A stretch of 64,000 nt of DNA, taken from the human T2T-CHM13v2.0 reference genome, Homo sapiens. The notes under the pieces were generated by a model. It was not told the DNA's origin, ran no database searches, and worked only from the letters and a program-made list of their open reading frames with translations. The position numbers were made by a program, and so were the translations under genes. This document shows positions 1 to 17,499 of this stretch, one piece after another; the stretch's first letter is position 1; the number at the start of each line of letters is the position of its first letter. The stretch is taken from assembly GCF_009914755.1 (NCBI RefSeq), contig NC_060938.1; one strand, written 5' to 3'.

Positions 1-59
1 GGCAACAGAGTGAGACTCTGTCTCTCAAAAATAAAAATAAAATAATTTTTTAATAAAAA

Positions 60-1718
<1,659 letters not shown>

Positions 1719-1870
1719 GGCTGGGTGCAGTGGCTCATACCTATAACCCTAACACTTTGGGAGACCAAGGCAGGAGGACCATTTGACACTAGGAATTTGA
1801 GACCAGCCTGGGCAATGTAGCGAGAACTTGTCTCTACAAAAAAATTTTAAAATATTAGCTGGGCTTAGTG
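1719..1870 (+). mobile_element. Alu left monomer (FLAM/AluJ-like)
   Basis: ggctgggtgcagtggctcat...gagaccagcctgggcaat...tctctacaaaaaaa. Confidence 0.85.
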
Positions 1871-2026
1871 GCATCTCTGTGTCTGTTTCCCAGTTTTCAA
1901 ATGGAGATAATAATAGTACTTACACCTCACAAGCTTGTTGTAAGGACTCCAGGAGCTACTCCATGTAAGGCATTTACAACAGTGCCACATGTTGTAAATA
2001 TTCAATCAAAGAAGATACTCTGTTCA

Positions 2027-2961
<935 letters not shown>

Positions 2962-3091
2962 TTAACAATAATTTACATACTACTAAGAAAGGAAAATACA
3001 ACCAATTGTAACTGTAAGATACTATTAATTATAAGATACATCTCAATTTCAGAGATGTAAGTGTAACAAAAGTACATCTTAAAATCAGTAG

Positions 3092-3501
<410 letters not shown>

Positions 3502-3829
3502 AAGGGAGTTTTTGTTTGTTATTTTTTTTGTTTGTTTTTCTTTTTTTTTTAACTGGAATTGCTCCCATTCCTCCACCCCTCTTCTGGCAAAATTTTACTC
3601 AACCTACAAGGCCCATATTAAATGACCCCTTTTCTATGAATCTTTCCTAAACCAGTCAGAATGAGTGCCCCCTCTCCATGCTCCCATAATTCTGCGTGAA
3701 CATCTCAGTCATAGTGGCCCGTGGCTGGCCGTGTGCACAGTCCCTCCTCTCCTGAGCAGAATTGACCTCTCTTTCGTGGTGCTCTAGCACTTATTGCTTA
3801 CCAGGCCCTTCATCAATTCTTCTTCAACT

Positions 3830-4070
3830 GCATGGAGAACTCAAGCAGGTTTCAGGGAAGAGCCAAGGAGATGGTCCCAAAACTGGGAAATAAGCCCTTT
3901 GGGCATGTGATGGAAAAGGAAGGGAAGTCTGAGGCTGATTTGGGAGTGATCTTTGAGCACATGAAGAGGTCATGCGATCCAGCGCGACGGGGCTGTTTCC
4001 TGCCCTCTGAGGGTGGGCTTCCACGTGGCACAGGGGATTCAGCTCAGCCAGAGGGGAGAGTTTCTTCATG
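3830..4070 (+). mobile_element. CR1/L3 LINE relic (3' part of ORF2)
   Basis: Translation FQGRAKEMVPKLGNKP...EKEGKSEADLGVIFEHMK resembles the CR1 pattern VQRRATKMV.GL..K.YEERL...EKRRLRGDLI.VFKYLK. Confidence 0.55.
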
Positions 4071-4155
4071 TTGAGTGTTTTGGAATGGGTTTCTACGGTT
4101 ATTGCCTAAACCTTTTTTTCTGATGGTCATTAGCAGTGGATTAAGTAGTTTAGAG

Positions 4156-4830
<675 letters not shown>

Positions 4831-4904
4831 CTGCTTCCTAGAGGCAGGCTGACAGACACATGACTTTTCCAACTCCATGATGGAATCTTGTTTTGCTGTT
4901 CTAG

Positions 4905-5056
4905 GTGTTTCTAACTGGGGAGGCTATGCCCTGGCCTGCGCACTCTACATCCTGTACTCATGTGCTGTCCACAGTCAGTACCTGAGGAAAGCAGTCGGAC
5001 CCTCCAGGGCACCTGGAGATCAGGCCTGGACTCAGGCCCTCCCGTCGGTCATTAAG
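4905..5056 (+). CDS. DGLUCY: D-glutamate cyclase (C14orf159), penultimate coding exon
   Basis: Acceptor ttctag| at 4904, donor aag|gtaaca at 5057; encodes (G)[33 protein letters not shown]...LPSVIK; the GVSNWGG motif is characteristic of the family; joins in phase 0 to the exon at 14182. Confidence 0.93.
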
Positions 5057-5860
5057 GTAACAAACCCCAGCCAGCCGCTCGCCTGGAAGCAGCTTTTACC
5101 CTGGATGAGCAGCAGGCCTGAGGTCCCAAGCCGTAAGCCGAGGGCTGGCACCCTGCTGCCCCTCAAAAGCCAGAGGCAGAGCCAGCCTTGAAGCAGAGGT
5201 CTCCTGGATTGGGTGCCCTTTAAGCTACTCGCAGTTCTGAATCGTGTGGCAGGCCTGATCCAAGTGACCATTTTCCTTCTAGTTTGACTTTGGGTGAGTT
5301 GCTTAGCTTCTCTGAGCCTCATTTTCTTCATCTGTAAAATGGGGGTGGTCAGCATTGTTGTTGGAGGAACCGAATGCCTCACCCATGGTGGGTACTTCAT
5401 ACTGTTAGTGGTGGGCAGGTGTCCTGTCAGCCCCCTCCAAGGAATTCACCACCCAGCGAGGCCACTAAAACCTCCAGAGTAAGTCAATCAGCCATACTAA
5501 GGAAAGTGCTAAGGGGGACAGACAAGGTGAGAAGAGAATCCTGTGGGCTGGAGGCTGCAAGGAATAAGCCAAGTAGAAGGAGAGGAATCCCAGCGGGAGG
5601 AATGGGGGGAGCAGGGGCTTGGGAGATGAGGACAGGCTTAGTGATGGTTTGTGGGAGACAGCTCTTGAGGTGGAGAGCAGGAGGTAGGGGGTGAGACAAA
5701 AGTAGAAGAGGGCTTCAGACCGCAGGGCCCACAAGGAGGAGGTCCATGAGCCCCTGAAGCTGTTTGCACAATTGTTCCTGTACATGTATTTTTCTGCGCA
5801 AGACTCTGTGGTTTCATCAGATTCTTCAAGTAGTCTGGGGCCATTAAGAATCCCTGGTCC

Positions 5861-6162
5861 AGCTGGGTGCGGTGACTCATGCCTATAATCTCAGCACTTT
5901 GGGAGGCCAAGGCAGGAGGATCACCTGAGCCCAGAAGTTTGAGACCAGCCTGGACAACATGGTGAGACCTCATCTCTAGAAAAAAATTTTTAAAATTAGC
6001 TGGGCCTGGTGGCATGCACCTGTGGTCCCAGCTACCTGGGAGGCTGAAGTGGGAGGATCGCTTGAGCCCAGGAATCCAAGGCTGCAGTGAGCTATGTTCA
6101 CTTCACTGCACTCCAGCCTTGGAGACAGAGTGGGAGACCCTGTCTCAAAAAAAAAAAAAAAA
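5861..6162 (+). mobile_element. AluJ-like element, TSD AAGAATCCCTGG
   Basis: Alu consensus; direct repeats at 5846-5857 and 6161-6172. Confidence 0.9.
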
Positions 6163-6984
6163 GAATCCCTGGGAAGGGACAGATCATGTTAGCTGGACCC
6201 AAGGACACTGTGACTTTCTCCCTGAGGACTCTCCCTGAGAGGCAGCAGCAGGTAACTTTTGTCTGAGCTCCTCCGACTGCAGACCCCATGCTCCGAAGTG
6301 TTGTTTGCAGTTCTAGGTACACTCTGTAGCCCAGTGCAGAGGAAGGGCATCAACGTGTGCCCGTCTAACTTATGTGAACTCACACATGCATATGGGGAAA
6401 ATGCAAAAGAGAGGTGGCCAGCGCGCAGCACCCAAGCCTGAGCAGCGAGGTGGCAGCGGGACTGGCCCTTCCTTCCTTGGGCCTCAATTTCCATGGCCCT
6501 CTTAGAGCAAGCTCCGCCCCCAACACCAATTCCAGGCTCTAACCCGCCTCCTCTGGGGCTCCTCAAGGAGATGGGACCTGCCCCTCTTGGAGGAGAAGCT
6601 GGTGGACCAGACTTGCGGGACATTCACAATGCCTCAGTGCTTAACGGGACACCTACTTGGGGAATATTCCCAGGTAATTTGGACTTTGGGAAAACGGGGC
6701 CAAAGCTCTGACTTTACATCTAAATCCTGGGTCAGATGTGACTTCACCTGTGAGCAGACAGCAGCCTGAGGGATTAGAGGTGGGTGCCGAAGGTTGTGGG
6801 AGAGGGCGTGGAAGGTCTGGGGAGATGGGAAAGCAAATCCAAGAGGCCGGAGGGTCCTGAGCACTGAGCCTGCAGAAGAGCCCGAGATTGGGTGGGTGGT
6901 TGCTACAAGTCCCCTGCCAGTGGGCAGGCCCGATAGCCTCCCAACGTCTGCAACCAGACGTCCGCATTGCTGCCCCTTTTCTGT

Positions 6985-7466
<482 letters not shown>

Positions 7467-7847
7467 TGAGAAGCCGATGGCTTGCCTGAGACCACCCAGC
7501 TGAGAGGCAGAGCTGGGATCCGAGTCTAGGTCTCTGTGACTCCATTCTCTGTGCTTTTCCCAATTCCGCTCAGAAGTGTCCCAGGTAGTGCCAGGGAAGA
7601 GAGATGGGGGAGGGGGAGCTCAGGCAGCTGTGGTGACATTTTCAGAGGGAAATGGTCTGCCCTAGAGGGGCCCAGAGGGCCTTTTGTGCTTTCTTTATAC
7701 TTCCTGGATCTGAACTGGAAAAAAACATGCAAGGGCTGCTTCACACATGATTCCTGATTCACGCAGACACAAAAGAACGAACCCAGCCAAACAAATCACA
7801 CAGCCCAACACACAGATGGAAGCTTTTCCTTCTGCATTTCTACCTAG

Positions 7848-8736
<889 letters not shown>

Positions 8737-10848
8737 TTAGCTCAGCAAGTTCAGTGAAGGCTGCCTGGAGGAGGTGGCACTGGCACTGAGCTGTCTTGAG
8801 GAGTGAGTAGGATATAAGTAGCCAGGTAAGGAAGGGTGGAAAAGGCCTTCTAGGCCGCAGAACCCACATAAGCAAAGGTACAGGGACATGAAGCCGTACA
8901 GTGTGCAGAGGAAATAGCTAGAATCGTCACACTAGAGTTCTGCAGGTCACTACGTGGGGGTCCTTGAGTCATCCAGAGATGCTGGGCAGAGCTGTGGCCT
9001 GAGCTAGTGGAAAAGCTTGATTGGTTGGGGCAGAGAAATGTCCCACAGCTCTGCTCAGTGAGTTGCATCTGGGGACAGGGGTTCTTAAGGATCTCACTGT
9101 GAGTGTGGTAGAAGCAGGCACTATGCTGAGGAGGCCAGATAAGGTGGACATCACTACCTGGGCACACCCTGCCCACTCTGGCCCTTGGCCCAGGGGCACC
9201 TTAAAGTGAGGGAGAGGCCCTTGGGTTGTACTTGAGGGCAAGCATTCCTAAGACGTCATCAAGGGCCAAGAGCCACTTGATGACACTTTACAGGGGTACC
9301 TGCAAGGTCTGATAAGGAGGACTTGGAGCTAAGGAGGTGGAGAACTTGGTCTTCCTCAGCTTGGGGGCCAAGGTGCTGCAATTTGGCAGGGTGACAGAGC
9401 TCTGGGCAGGGGGTGGGTCCCTAGGAGGGACTGAAGGCCTCCAAGGATGAGGCCTTGGGAAGCCCCCTCATGGCATCTTCCCCTCAGCCCGATGGAGGCC
9501 TCAGACAGCAGCCAGCCAGGCCGGCTGTGCCTGGATGCTGGTCTGGGTTAGGGCCACTCTCTTCCCTGTATTTCTGTAGTTTGTGGACTTCTCTGTTTCC
9601 TAGGACCAAGTCCTTTGTAAAAACATCGGGCCTGCCTTGGGTGAGTGAAGTGGGTGGTTAGGAAGGTCGCAGGCCCTGGCCGGCTGCCTGGTTCAAGCCC
9701 TGGCTCCACCCACTTCAGCCTGGAGCAAGTCTCCGACCTCAGCATTCCTCGGTCTCCTCGAGTGGGGCCGTAACAGATCTACTTTTTGGGTGATTGGAAG
9801 ATGGAATGAGTCCCTTTGTGTAAAGCACCTGGCATAGTATCTGGCATGGATTAATAGCAAGTGTTCAATAAATGCCAACCGTCATTATCATCATCATCAT
9901 CATCCTTCTTATCATGACAAGGTCCTTTCTTTACTTTCAGTCAGGCTGGGGCAGGTGTCAGGGTGTCCCTGAGCCAGGCTTGATGGTGGCAGCAGGTGGC
10001 CTATGCCAAGGAGAGCTCCCACAGCCAGAGCAGAAGGAGGTGAAGGCCAAGACAGAGCTGGGGCCTCCAGATGCCATGTGGCGTCATGTGGGACTGTCTG
10101 TCTTTCCCCGTGTGGCTGGGAGGCAGATGGAGCCGTTTCTCCCGCTGCCACACTCCCCAGCCCGGTCCAGGCAGCCAGCTCTCCCCTGCCTATTGCAAGA
10201 TGAGACCATGATTATACCAGCCCCATCTTGCTCTACGGGAAGCCTCAGCACCATGTTCCCGCCTGCCTCGTCATTGCCTGTGCCAGAGCCCAGGGCCAAG
10301 GGAGTGCCTTGTCTCACATCCCAGCCCATTTCATGCCAGCCCTTTACAAGAGATCACAAAGAAGAGGCACTCCCTGGGAGTGGGCAAGCCAATGCCAGGA
10401 AGCTGATGCCTGGGCAGGAAAGAGGCTAAGGAAACGTGGGGCTCGTGGTATAAACAAACACCAGGAAAGGTTTCCTGGACTTCCCCCACCTCAACCCAGT
10501 ACTTGGGGAAGAGGAACACAGCAGCTGGGCCTGTTTTGCATCACTGCCTTGAAGTGGAGGCTGGAGGGAGCTGCCTGAGGGCTCTGGCCAGGCTCCCAGC
10601 CCCTCTCTGCTCCATCTCTGCTCCAGGGCAGGTACTGAGCACCCATGGTGACATGGATGTGGAATATGCCATCAGCCCAGGGCATAGCAGCCATGTGGTT
10701 TGGGGAAACAGAAGAGGACCCTGTTATTCACATGCCCAGTGGTAGGTAGGGAGTGAGGGGCCAAAGAGTGAGAGCTCTTGGAGGAACAAATGATGACTTA
10801 TTTGTCCCTACTTCAGAGCCTGGCCCAGGGAAGGCACTCAGGAAATGT

Positions 10849-11160
10849 TGGATGGAGAGATGATGGATGCATGGATGGATGGATAGATGGATGGGTGGAT
10901 GGAGGGATGGATGGATAATAGATGGATGGATGCATGGATGGATGGGTGATGGATGTATGGGTGGATGGAGGGATGCGTGGATAATGGATGGATGCATGGA
11001 TGGATGGATAGTGGATGGATAGATGGTTGGGTAGGTGGGTGGATGGAGGGATGGAGGGATGGATGGATAATAGATGGATGCATAGATGGATGCATGCATG
11101 GATGGATGGATAGATGGGTGAGCAGATGGAAGGATGAATGCTTTGATGGATGGGTGATGC
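10849..11160. repeat. Degenerate (GGAT)n simple repeat
   Basis: About 310 bp of ggat/ggag/gggt units. Confidence 0.95.
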
Positions 11161-11239
11161 AGAGAGGCAGGAACAGCCTCGGGCCTCATTCTGGGCTCCC
11201 ATTCTCTTTCAGCACTTTCATTCACCCTACTATTCTTTA

Positions 11240-11460
11240 TAACTTATTTTTGTTAAAGTATAATTAACATACAATAAAGTGTGTACACCTTAAGTGTACA
11301 GTTGGATGAATTTTTACATAAGTATACACCCTTGCAACCACCACCAAGATTAAGACACAAAACAGTTCCAACTTCCCAGAAGGCACCCCACTTTGAGCGG
11401 CATCATCACCTCCCATAAATACCTGCCCACCGTGCTCCCAGTGTGACTTAATAGCAAGCA
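11240..11460 (-). mobile_element. Old L1M 3'-end fragment
   Basis: aagtataattaacatacaataaagtgtgtacaccttaagtgtacagttggatgaatttt...accaccaccaagattaag. Confidence 0.75.
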
Positions 11461-12254
11461 CCCATACACTCAGCCTCTACACACTCAGCATCCACACACT
11501 CAGCCACCCTGGGGCCTCTGTCCCCATCCAAGCCCTGTCTACTCTCCCTCACTTGGGTCCTCCATTCCTCCTCTCCTGCCCTGTTGTCTCAGCCTGGACT
11601 GGTGCAGTGGCCTTCAGGCGCCCTGCCCTCCAGCTGCTCCCTGGTAATTCTCTGCCACTGTTACCACCTCTGCCTCTTAGAAGATGGCATGGTCATTCCG
11701 TGATTCTTGGAAATTTGCAGGGAGTAGCTGTTGGCCCAGCTGGTCCCTGTGTCTCTTGGAGGCTGGGTGCCAGTCAGCTCGAAACCTGTTGGCTGATTGC
11801 GTGCACCCTGAGGACCCCACAGCCCTTCCTGGGGCCCAGAAGGATGAGAATGGTGAGGGAAACAGTGTGCTGTGAGGAAATGGCCCCAGGAGTCCCAGAA
11901 ACATTCCCCCATAAAGAGAGGATATGACCAGTGGAGAAGAGAAGCGAGAGGAAGAAGCCCAAACAAAGGGCGGGAAATGCCATTCTGAGTGGGTAGCTCC
12001 TGAGAAGGAGCTGTTGGACAAAGGACACATGTGAAAGTGGAAACAATTTAGGGCCTCCCTCCTACAGAGGAACATCCTTCTTGGCCCCCAGGGCAGAACA
12101 GAAATGCAGGCTCTCAGGCCAGCTGTGAAGAGACAGTTTGCAGTTAACATTTGCCAATGCTTTCTCTATTACTTAGAAAAAGTTAGTGAGTGACCCTCCA
12201 GGGCTCTCAGCTGGCTCATTTTTATTCTTTCATCACCTCTGATCCTAGTTGCCC

Positions 12255-12620
12255 CTTGTCGTAGCTCAAGCTGCTATTTTAAAAAACAACTATAGACTAG
12301 GTGGCTTGAACAACAGAAATTTAGTTCTCACAGTTCTAGAGATTGGGAAGTCCAACATCAAGGTGCCAGTAGTTTTGATTCACTGGTGGGGACTCTCTTC
12401 CTGGCTTACAGATGGCCGCCTTCTTGCTGAGTCCGCATGTGGTGGAGAGAGCGAGAGCTCTGGTTTCTCTTTTTCTTATAAGAGCACTTCACATCCTGAC
12501 CCTCACTCATGACCTCATCTCAATCTTATTACCTCCCAAAGACCCCACTTTCAAATTCCAACAATTGAGGATTAGGTTCAACATACAAAATTTGAGGGTA
12601 CATATTGAGTCCATAACACC
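12255..12620 (-). mobile_element. MaLR (MLT1A-like) solo LTR
   Basis: ggtggcttgaacaacagaaatttagttctcacagttctagag..gggaagtccaacatcaaggtgccag...gagtccataaca. Confidence 0.8.
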
Positions 12621-14181
12621 CTGCCTCCAGAAAATGTTCCCTGAACCATGCCAATAAGCTGGGTTGGGTGCCCCTGCTCTGTGCTGTGACATCCTGTACT
12701 ATGACTACCTGATTACTCATCTAGACTGTGAACCCCATGGGGGCAGGAACCATGTCACATTCACCACTGTATCCCTGGTTCAGGGCCTGACACATACTTA
12801 GCAGGTGTTCAATAAACCTTTGATCAATGGTGGGATGAATGAGCAAATGCCTGAGCAGGGAGAGAGCCTTCTTATAGCCGCCCTAATGTCCTATTCTAGA
12901 TTCCTTAGGTCCCCTCCTCTCACCTCCTGCCTTTGTTGTGGAGGAGGAAGAAGACAGGGAGAAGGAAGAGGAGGAGGAGGAAGAAGAAGAAGAGGGAAGG
13001 ATGTGTTTGAGTTGCTTTATGCCTTCACTTAAGGCTCACTGTCCTTAGGGGAACCTGAGCTGTTCACTAGGGACAGACACATTAGTGGCTTGGGCAAGTG
13101 GTGCTTTGGGATTTTATTTTTGGAAGGAGGGGGGATGGAGGAGGATCAAACCACTTTTTTTTTTTTTAACCAGCAGGAGAGCAAAGGGAGAAAGCTCTAG
13201 GCTAAAGGCCAGAAGACCTAGCCCTGCCAATAAAATCAACCTCATTTTGTGAATGCCTGTTGTGTGCCAAGGACCCTGCTAAGTGCTTTGCTTGTACGTA
13301 ATCCTCAGAACAACCCTCTAAAGGAGGCATGATGAGTACTTTTATCATCACCCTCCCCATTTTACAGATAAGCACACTAAGGCACAGAACAGTTAAAATT
13401 CCTGCCAGGAAAGACTCAAGTCAGACCTTTCTGATCCCCAAACCACTCTGCCTGCTAGGCCCCGGGCTGCGGCTTCAGGATGGGGGCTTGTATTCTCTGT
13501 GACTCTGCTACACCTAGATGCTCCCACTCCCACAGTCACCCTGGTCATTTCTAGAAGGCAACAGCAGCAGGATTTGACACATGCCCCACATTAGGCTAAG
13601 AGGTCTCAGGAGAAATGGGGGCCTTTGGCACAAAGACTATTGGCAGATAATCCAGGGCTGGGAGGAACTTATTGGCAGGAAATAGCCTGCACTGCACCTG
13701 CAGGAGGAGTGAATCTTCAGTGTTGGTTAAGGAAATGCAGGCTGGCCGGGCACAGTGATGTGCACCTATAGTCCCAGCTAGTCAGGAGACTGAGACAGAA
13801 GAATCACTTGAGGCCAGGAGTTCAATACCAGTCTGGGCAACATAGCAAGACCCCATCTCTAAAAACGGACAATCAAACTAAGAAACTATGTTTCCATTAA
13901 AGCATATTATTTAGTTACATAACAGTAACTACCAAAAGAAGCAGCCCAAACTATTCCCGTGATTGTTTCTGGGGAGTAGATTTGGGGGCCAATGAGCTGT
14001 GATGGAGGACACTTACTTTTCATGACTTTTCCAATGGTATTAGTACTTTAAACCAAAATTTTACTTTTTTAAAAAGCAAGTATGTCAAGGCAAAGGATCC
14101 TTCTCACTTATAAATGTGTATAAAAGAAATTTCTTTTTCCTCCCCCTCCACTCCTTCTATTTCTGCCCTATTTTTTTCCAG

Positions 14182-14331
14182 GAAGAAAAAATGCTGGGCA
14201 TCTTGGTGCAGCACAAAGTCCGGAGTGGCGTCTCGGGCATCGTGGGCATGGAGGTGGATGGGCTGCCCTTCCACAACACCCACGCCGAGATGATCCAGAA
14301 GCTGGTGGACGTCACCACGGCACAGGTGTAA
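14182..14331 (+). CDS. DGLUCY: D-glutamate cyclase, terminal coding exon
   Basis: Pyrimidine tract and ccag| acceptor at 14181; [49 protein letters not shown], stop TAA 14329-14331; CpG-rich coding-like composition. Confidence 0.95.
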   Translation, partial: EEKMLGILVQHKVRSGVSGIVGMEVDGLPFHNTHAEMIQKLVDVTTAQV

Positions 14332-14829
14332 CCGTCCATGTTCCGTGTGAGCAGAGTCCCTACCAACGGGCAGGTCTGCATCCGGGGAGAATGCAGCTGC
14401 TTCTGGCGACAATCCTGCTAGTAAACACTGGTCTTCGGTGAGCAACGAACACTCGCCTGGCCTGGGAAACTGCATGCCCACTTTCTGGGAGGGGTTAGTG
14501 CAGGTGCCGTGGACAAAGGACAACATTTCTCTGGGGCTTTTTAACTTTTATTCCTAAGACTCTAAAGGCGTTGATTTCAACCCTCCTTCACTCTGGCTTC
14601 TTCAGGCAACCCACGTGGTCTCCTATGAGAATCTTCTCGACAGTTACTTATGGGGACACTTGTGAACAATTAACTGCCAGGCAGAGCATGAGAACAAACA
14701 TTCCCAGGCCATGTAGGATAGGATACTCCAGACTCCAGTCATCCTCCCCCATCCATGGTTTCTGTTACTCATGGTTTCAGTTACTCATAGCCAACTGCAG
14801 ACCGAAAATACTAAATGAAAAATTTCAGA

Positions 14830-14835
14830 AATAAA
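14830..14835 (+). terminator. DGLUCY: Probable DGLUCY poly(A) signal AATAAA
   Basis: First canonical AATAAA after the stop (~500 nt 3' UTR), followed by T/GT-rich sequence; lies inside the MER44-like element. Confidence 0.65.
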
Positions 14836-15139
14836 CAACTCTTAAGTTTTAAATTGTGTACTCTTCGGAATATCGTGATGAAATCTCACACCATCCTGCT
14901 CCATCCTACCTAGGACGTGAATCCTCCCTTTGTCCAGGGTACCCGTGCTGTCTACACCACCCGCCTGCCAGTCACCCAGCAGGTGATCAGATCGACTGTC
15001 ATGGTATTGCAGTGCTTATATTCAAGAACCTCTTATGTGACTCAGTAATGTCCTCAAAGTGCAAGAGCAGAGATGCTGGCAATTTGGATATGCCAAAAAG
15101 AGGCCATAAAGGGCTTCCTTTAAGTGAAAAGGTGAAAGT

Positions 15140-16373
15140 CTTTTTTTTTGTTTGTTTGTTTTTGCAGTTGCAAGATTTAATAGAGTGAAAACTGAGCTCC
15201 CATACAAAGGGAGGGGACCCAAAGAGGGTAGCCATTGCTGGCTCGAATGCCTGGGTTTATATCCCGATCATTGTCCCTCCTGCTGTGCTCTCAGGCGATA
15301 GATGATTGGCTATTTCTTTACCTCCTGTTTTTGCCTAATTAGCATTTTAGTGAGCTCTCTGATTGGTCGGGTGTGAGCTAAGTTGCAAGCCCTGTGTTTA
15401 AAGGTGGATGTGGTCACCTTCCCAGCTAGGCTTAGGGATTCTTAGTTGGCCTAGGAAATCCAGCTAGTCCTGTCTCTCAGTACCCCCTCTCAACAGGAAA
15501 ACCCAAGTGCTGTTGGGGAGGTTGGCTGACAACTGCTCTAACTGCTTCCTGCTGAATTGGGGCGTAGTAGGGGTTGTGCAGTTGAGATTTCCTCGGGAGG
15601 GGTGCCTTCGATGTCATCAACATCGGAGCATGGGCTAGCAGGCCGGTCCAGGGGTCCATGGTAGATCTTAGTCATGGACTGCATCTGGGGCTCCATTTGA
15701 AGAACTATTTGTAGTTTTACAGCTTTGATTCTGGAAGAGACAAACTTAACAAGGAGGTTAAAGATAAAGGGATTGAAATGTATGGGCTGCAGTGCAGGGG
15801 ATTATTTCTTTGGCACACTTCACAGGCCTTGACTATCTGCTTGATAGTTTTGAAAAGGCCTGGTCTAGTAAATAATAATTTGACCATCTGATGGGTGCTA
15901 TTAATGCCTAAGAGAAAGATATGGTGAAGGGTTTTAAGTAATTTCCATTGGTTAGCTGCAGGCATAAGTATTTTTCCTTCTTCGGTGGCTGGCCATTCTG
16001 AGGGGAGGAAACTATGTCCTCGTGAGGTTCCCCATTCTATTTCTTCTGAGTACTGGGGCTTGGTTTCCTGGAGGGGATTACCCTATACTAGGGCTCCTTC
16101 TATAAGCATTTCTAATGGAGGGTCCTGCCTTGTGGCTCTTTTGGCTTCAATATCCGCTTGGTGGTTCCTTTCTATTTCCCTTTCCTTTCCTTTCTGGTGA
16201 CCCCGGCAGTGTAAGACTGCCACCTCTTTAGGTTTCTGTACAGCCAATAATAATCTCCTAATGGCTTCCTGATGTTTGATAGGTGTTCCCTCGGAAGTTA
16301 GGAATTCCCTTCCTCTCCATATTGCTGCACGGGCATGGAGGACTAGGTAAGCATACTGTATATATATTTACCC
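15140..16373 (-). pseudogene. HERV-W (HERV17/LTR17) processed pseudogene: 5'-truncated pol RNase H/integrase, deleted env, PPT, U3-R and poly(A)
   Basis: Minus strand reads YAYLVLHA...FLTSEGTPIKHQEAIRRLLLAVQKPKEVAVLHCRGHQK, KACEVCQRNNPL, then a syncytin-like C-terminus (FNLLVKFVSSRIKAVKLQ); LTR17 start TGAGAGACAGGACTAGCTGGATTTCCTAGG at 15479; ends at CTTGCAACTGCA plus A-tail; TSD GAAAAGGTGAAAGT at 15126-15139 and 16374-16387. Confidence 0.92.
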
Positions 16374-16475
16374 GAAAAGGTGAAAGTTCTTGACTTAATA
16401 AAGAACAAGTTCATATATTGAGGCTACTAAGCTCTATGGTAAGAATGAATTTTCTATCCATGAAATTGAGAAGGA

Positions 16476-16869
<394 letters not shown>

Positions 16870-16957
16870 TCAGTTAAGATGGAAAAGGCATTACATGTGT
16901 GGGTGGAAGACGTGAACAGAAACGTGTTCCAACTGACAGCAGTCGAGTTCAGTACTA

Positions 16958-17330
<373 letters not shown>

Positions 17331-17443
17331 AATGGTAAAATGTGCAAATGTGGAATATATATTTACAAAGTTCTTGGGTTTTACAGAAGATTTACTCCTA
17401 CCACCACCAAAATATTTATACCTTTGAAATGCTTTTTTTTCCA

Positions 17444-17499
17444 AACAGCATTTTGTTTACTAAGGCAAAAGAACAGCATTTTGTTTACTAAGGCAAAAG
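17444..17499. repeat. Perfect 28-bp tandem duplication AACAGCATTTTGTTTACTAAGGCAAAAG x2
   Basis: Read directly from sequence. Confidence 0.9.

Noticed and set aside
4877-5191. 104-aa ORF as a standalone gene
   Set aside because: Only 4905-5056 is bounded by splice sites and matches DGLUCY; the flanks are intronic
15477-15965. Possible functional syncytin-like or integrase gene
   Set aside because: Most of pol and env is deleted, the frames are interrupted and there is no upstream promoter or start; it is a pseudogene
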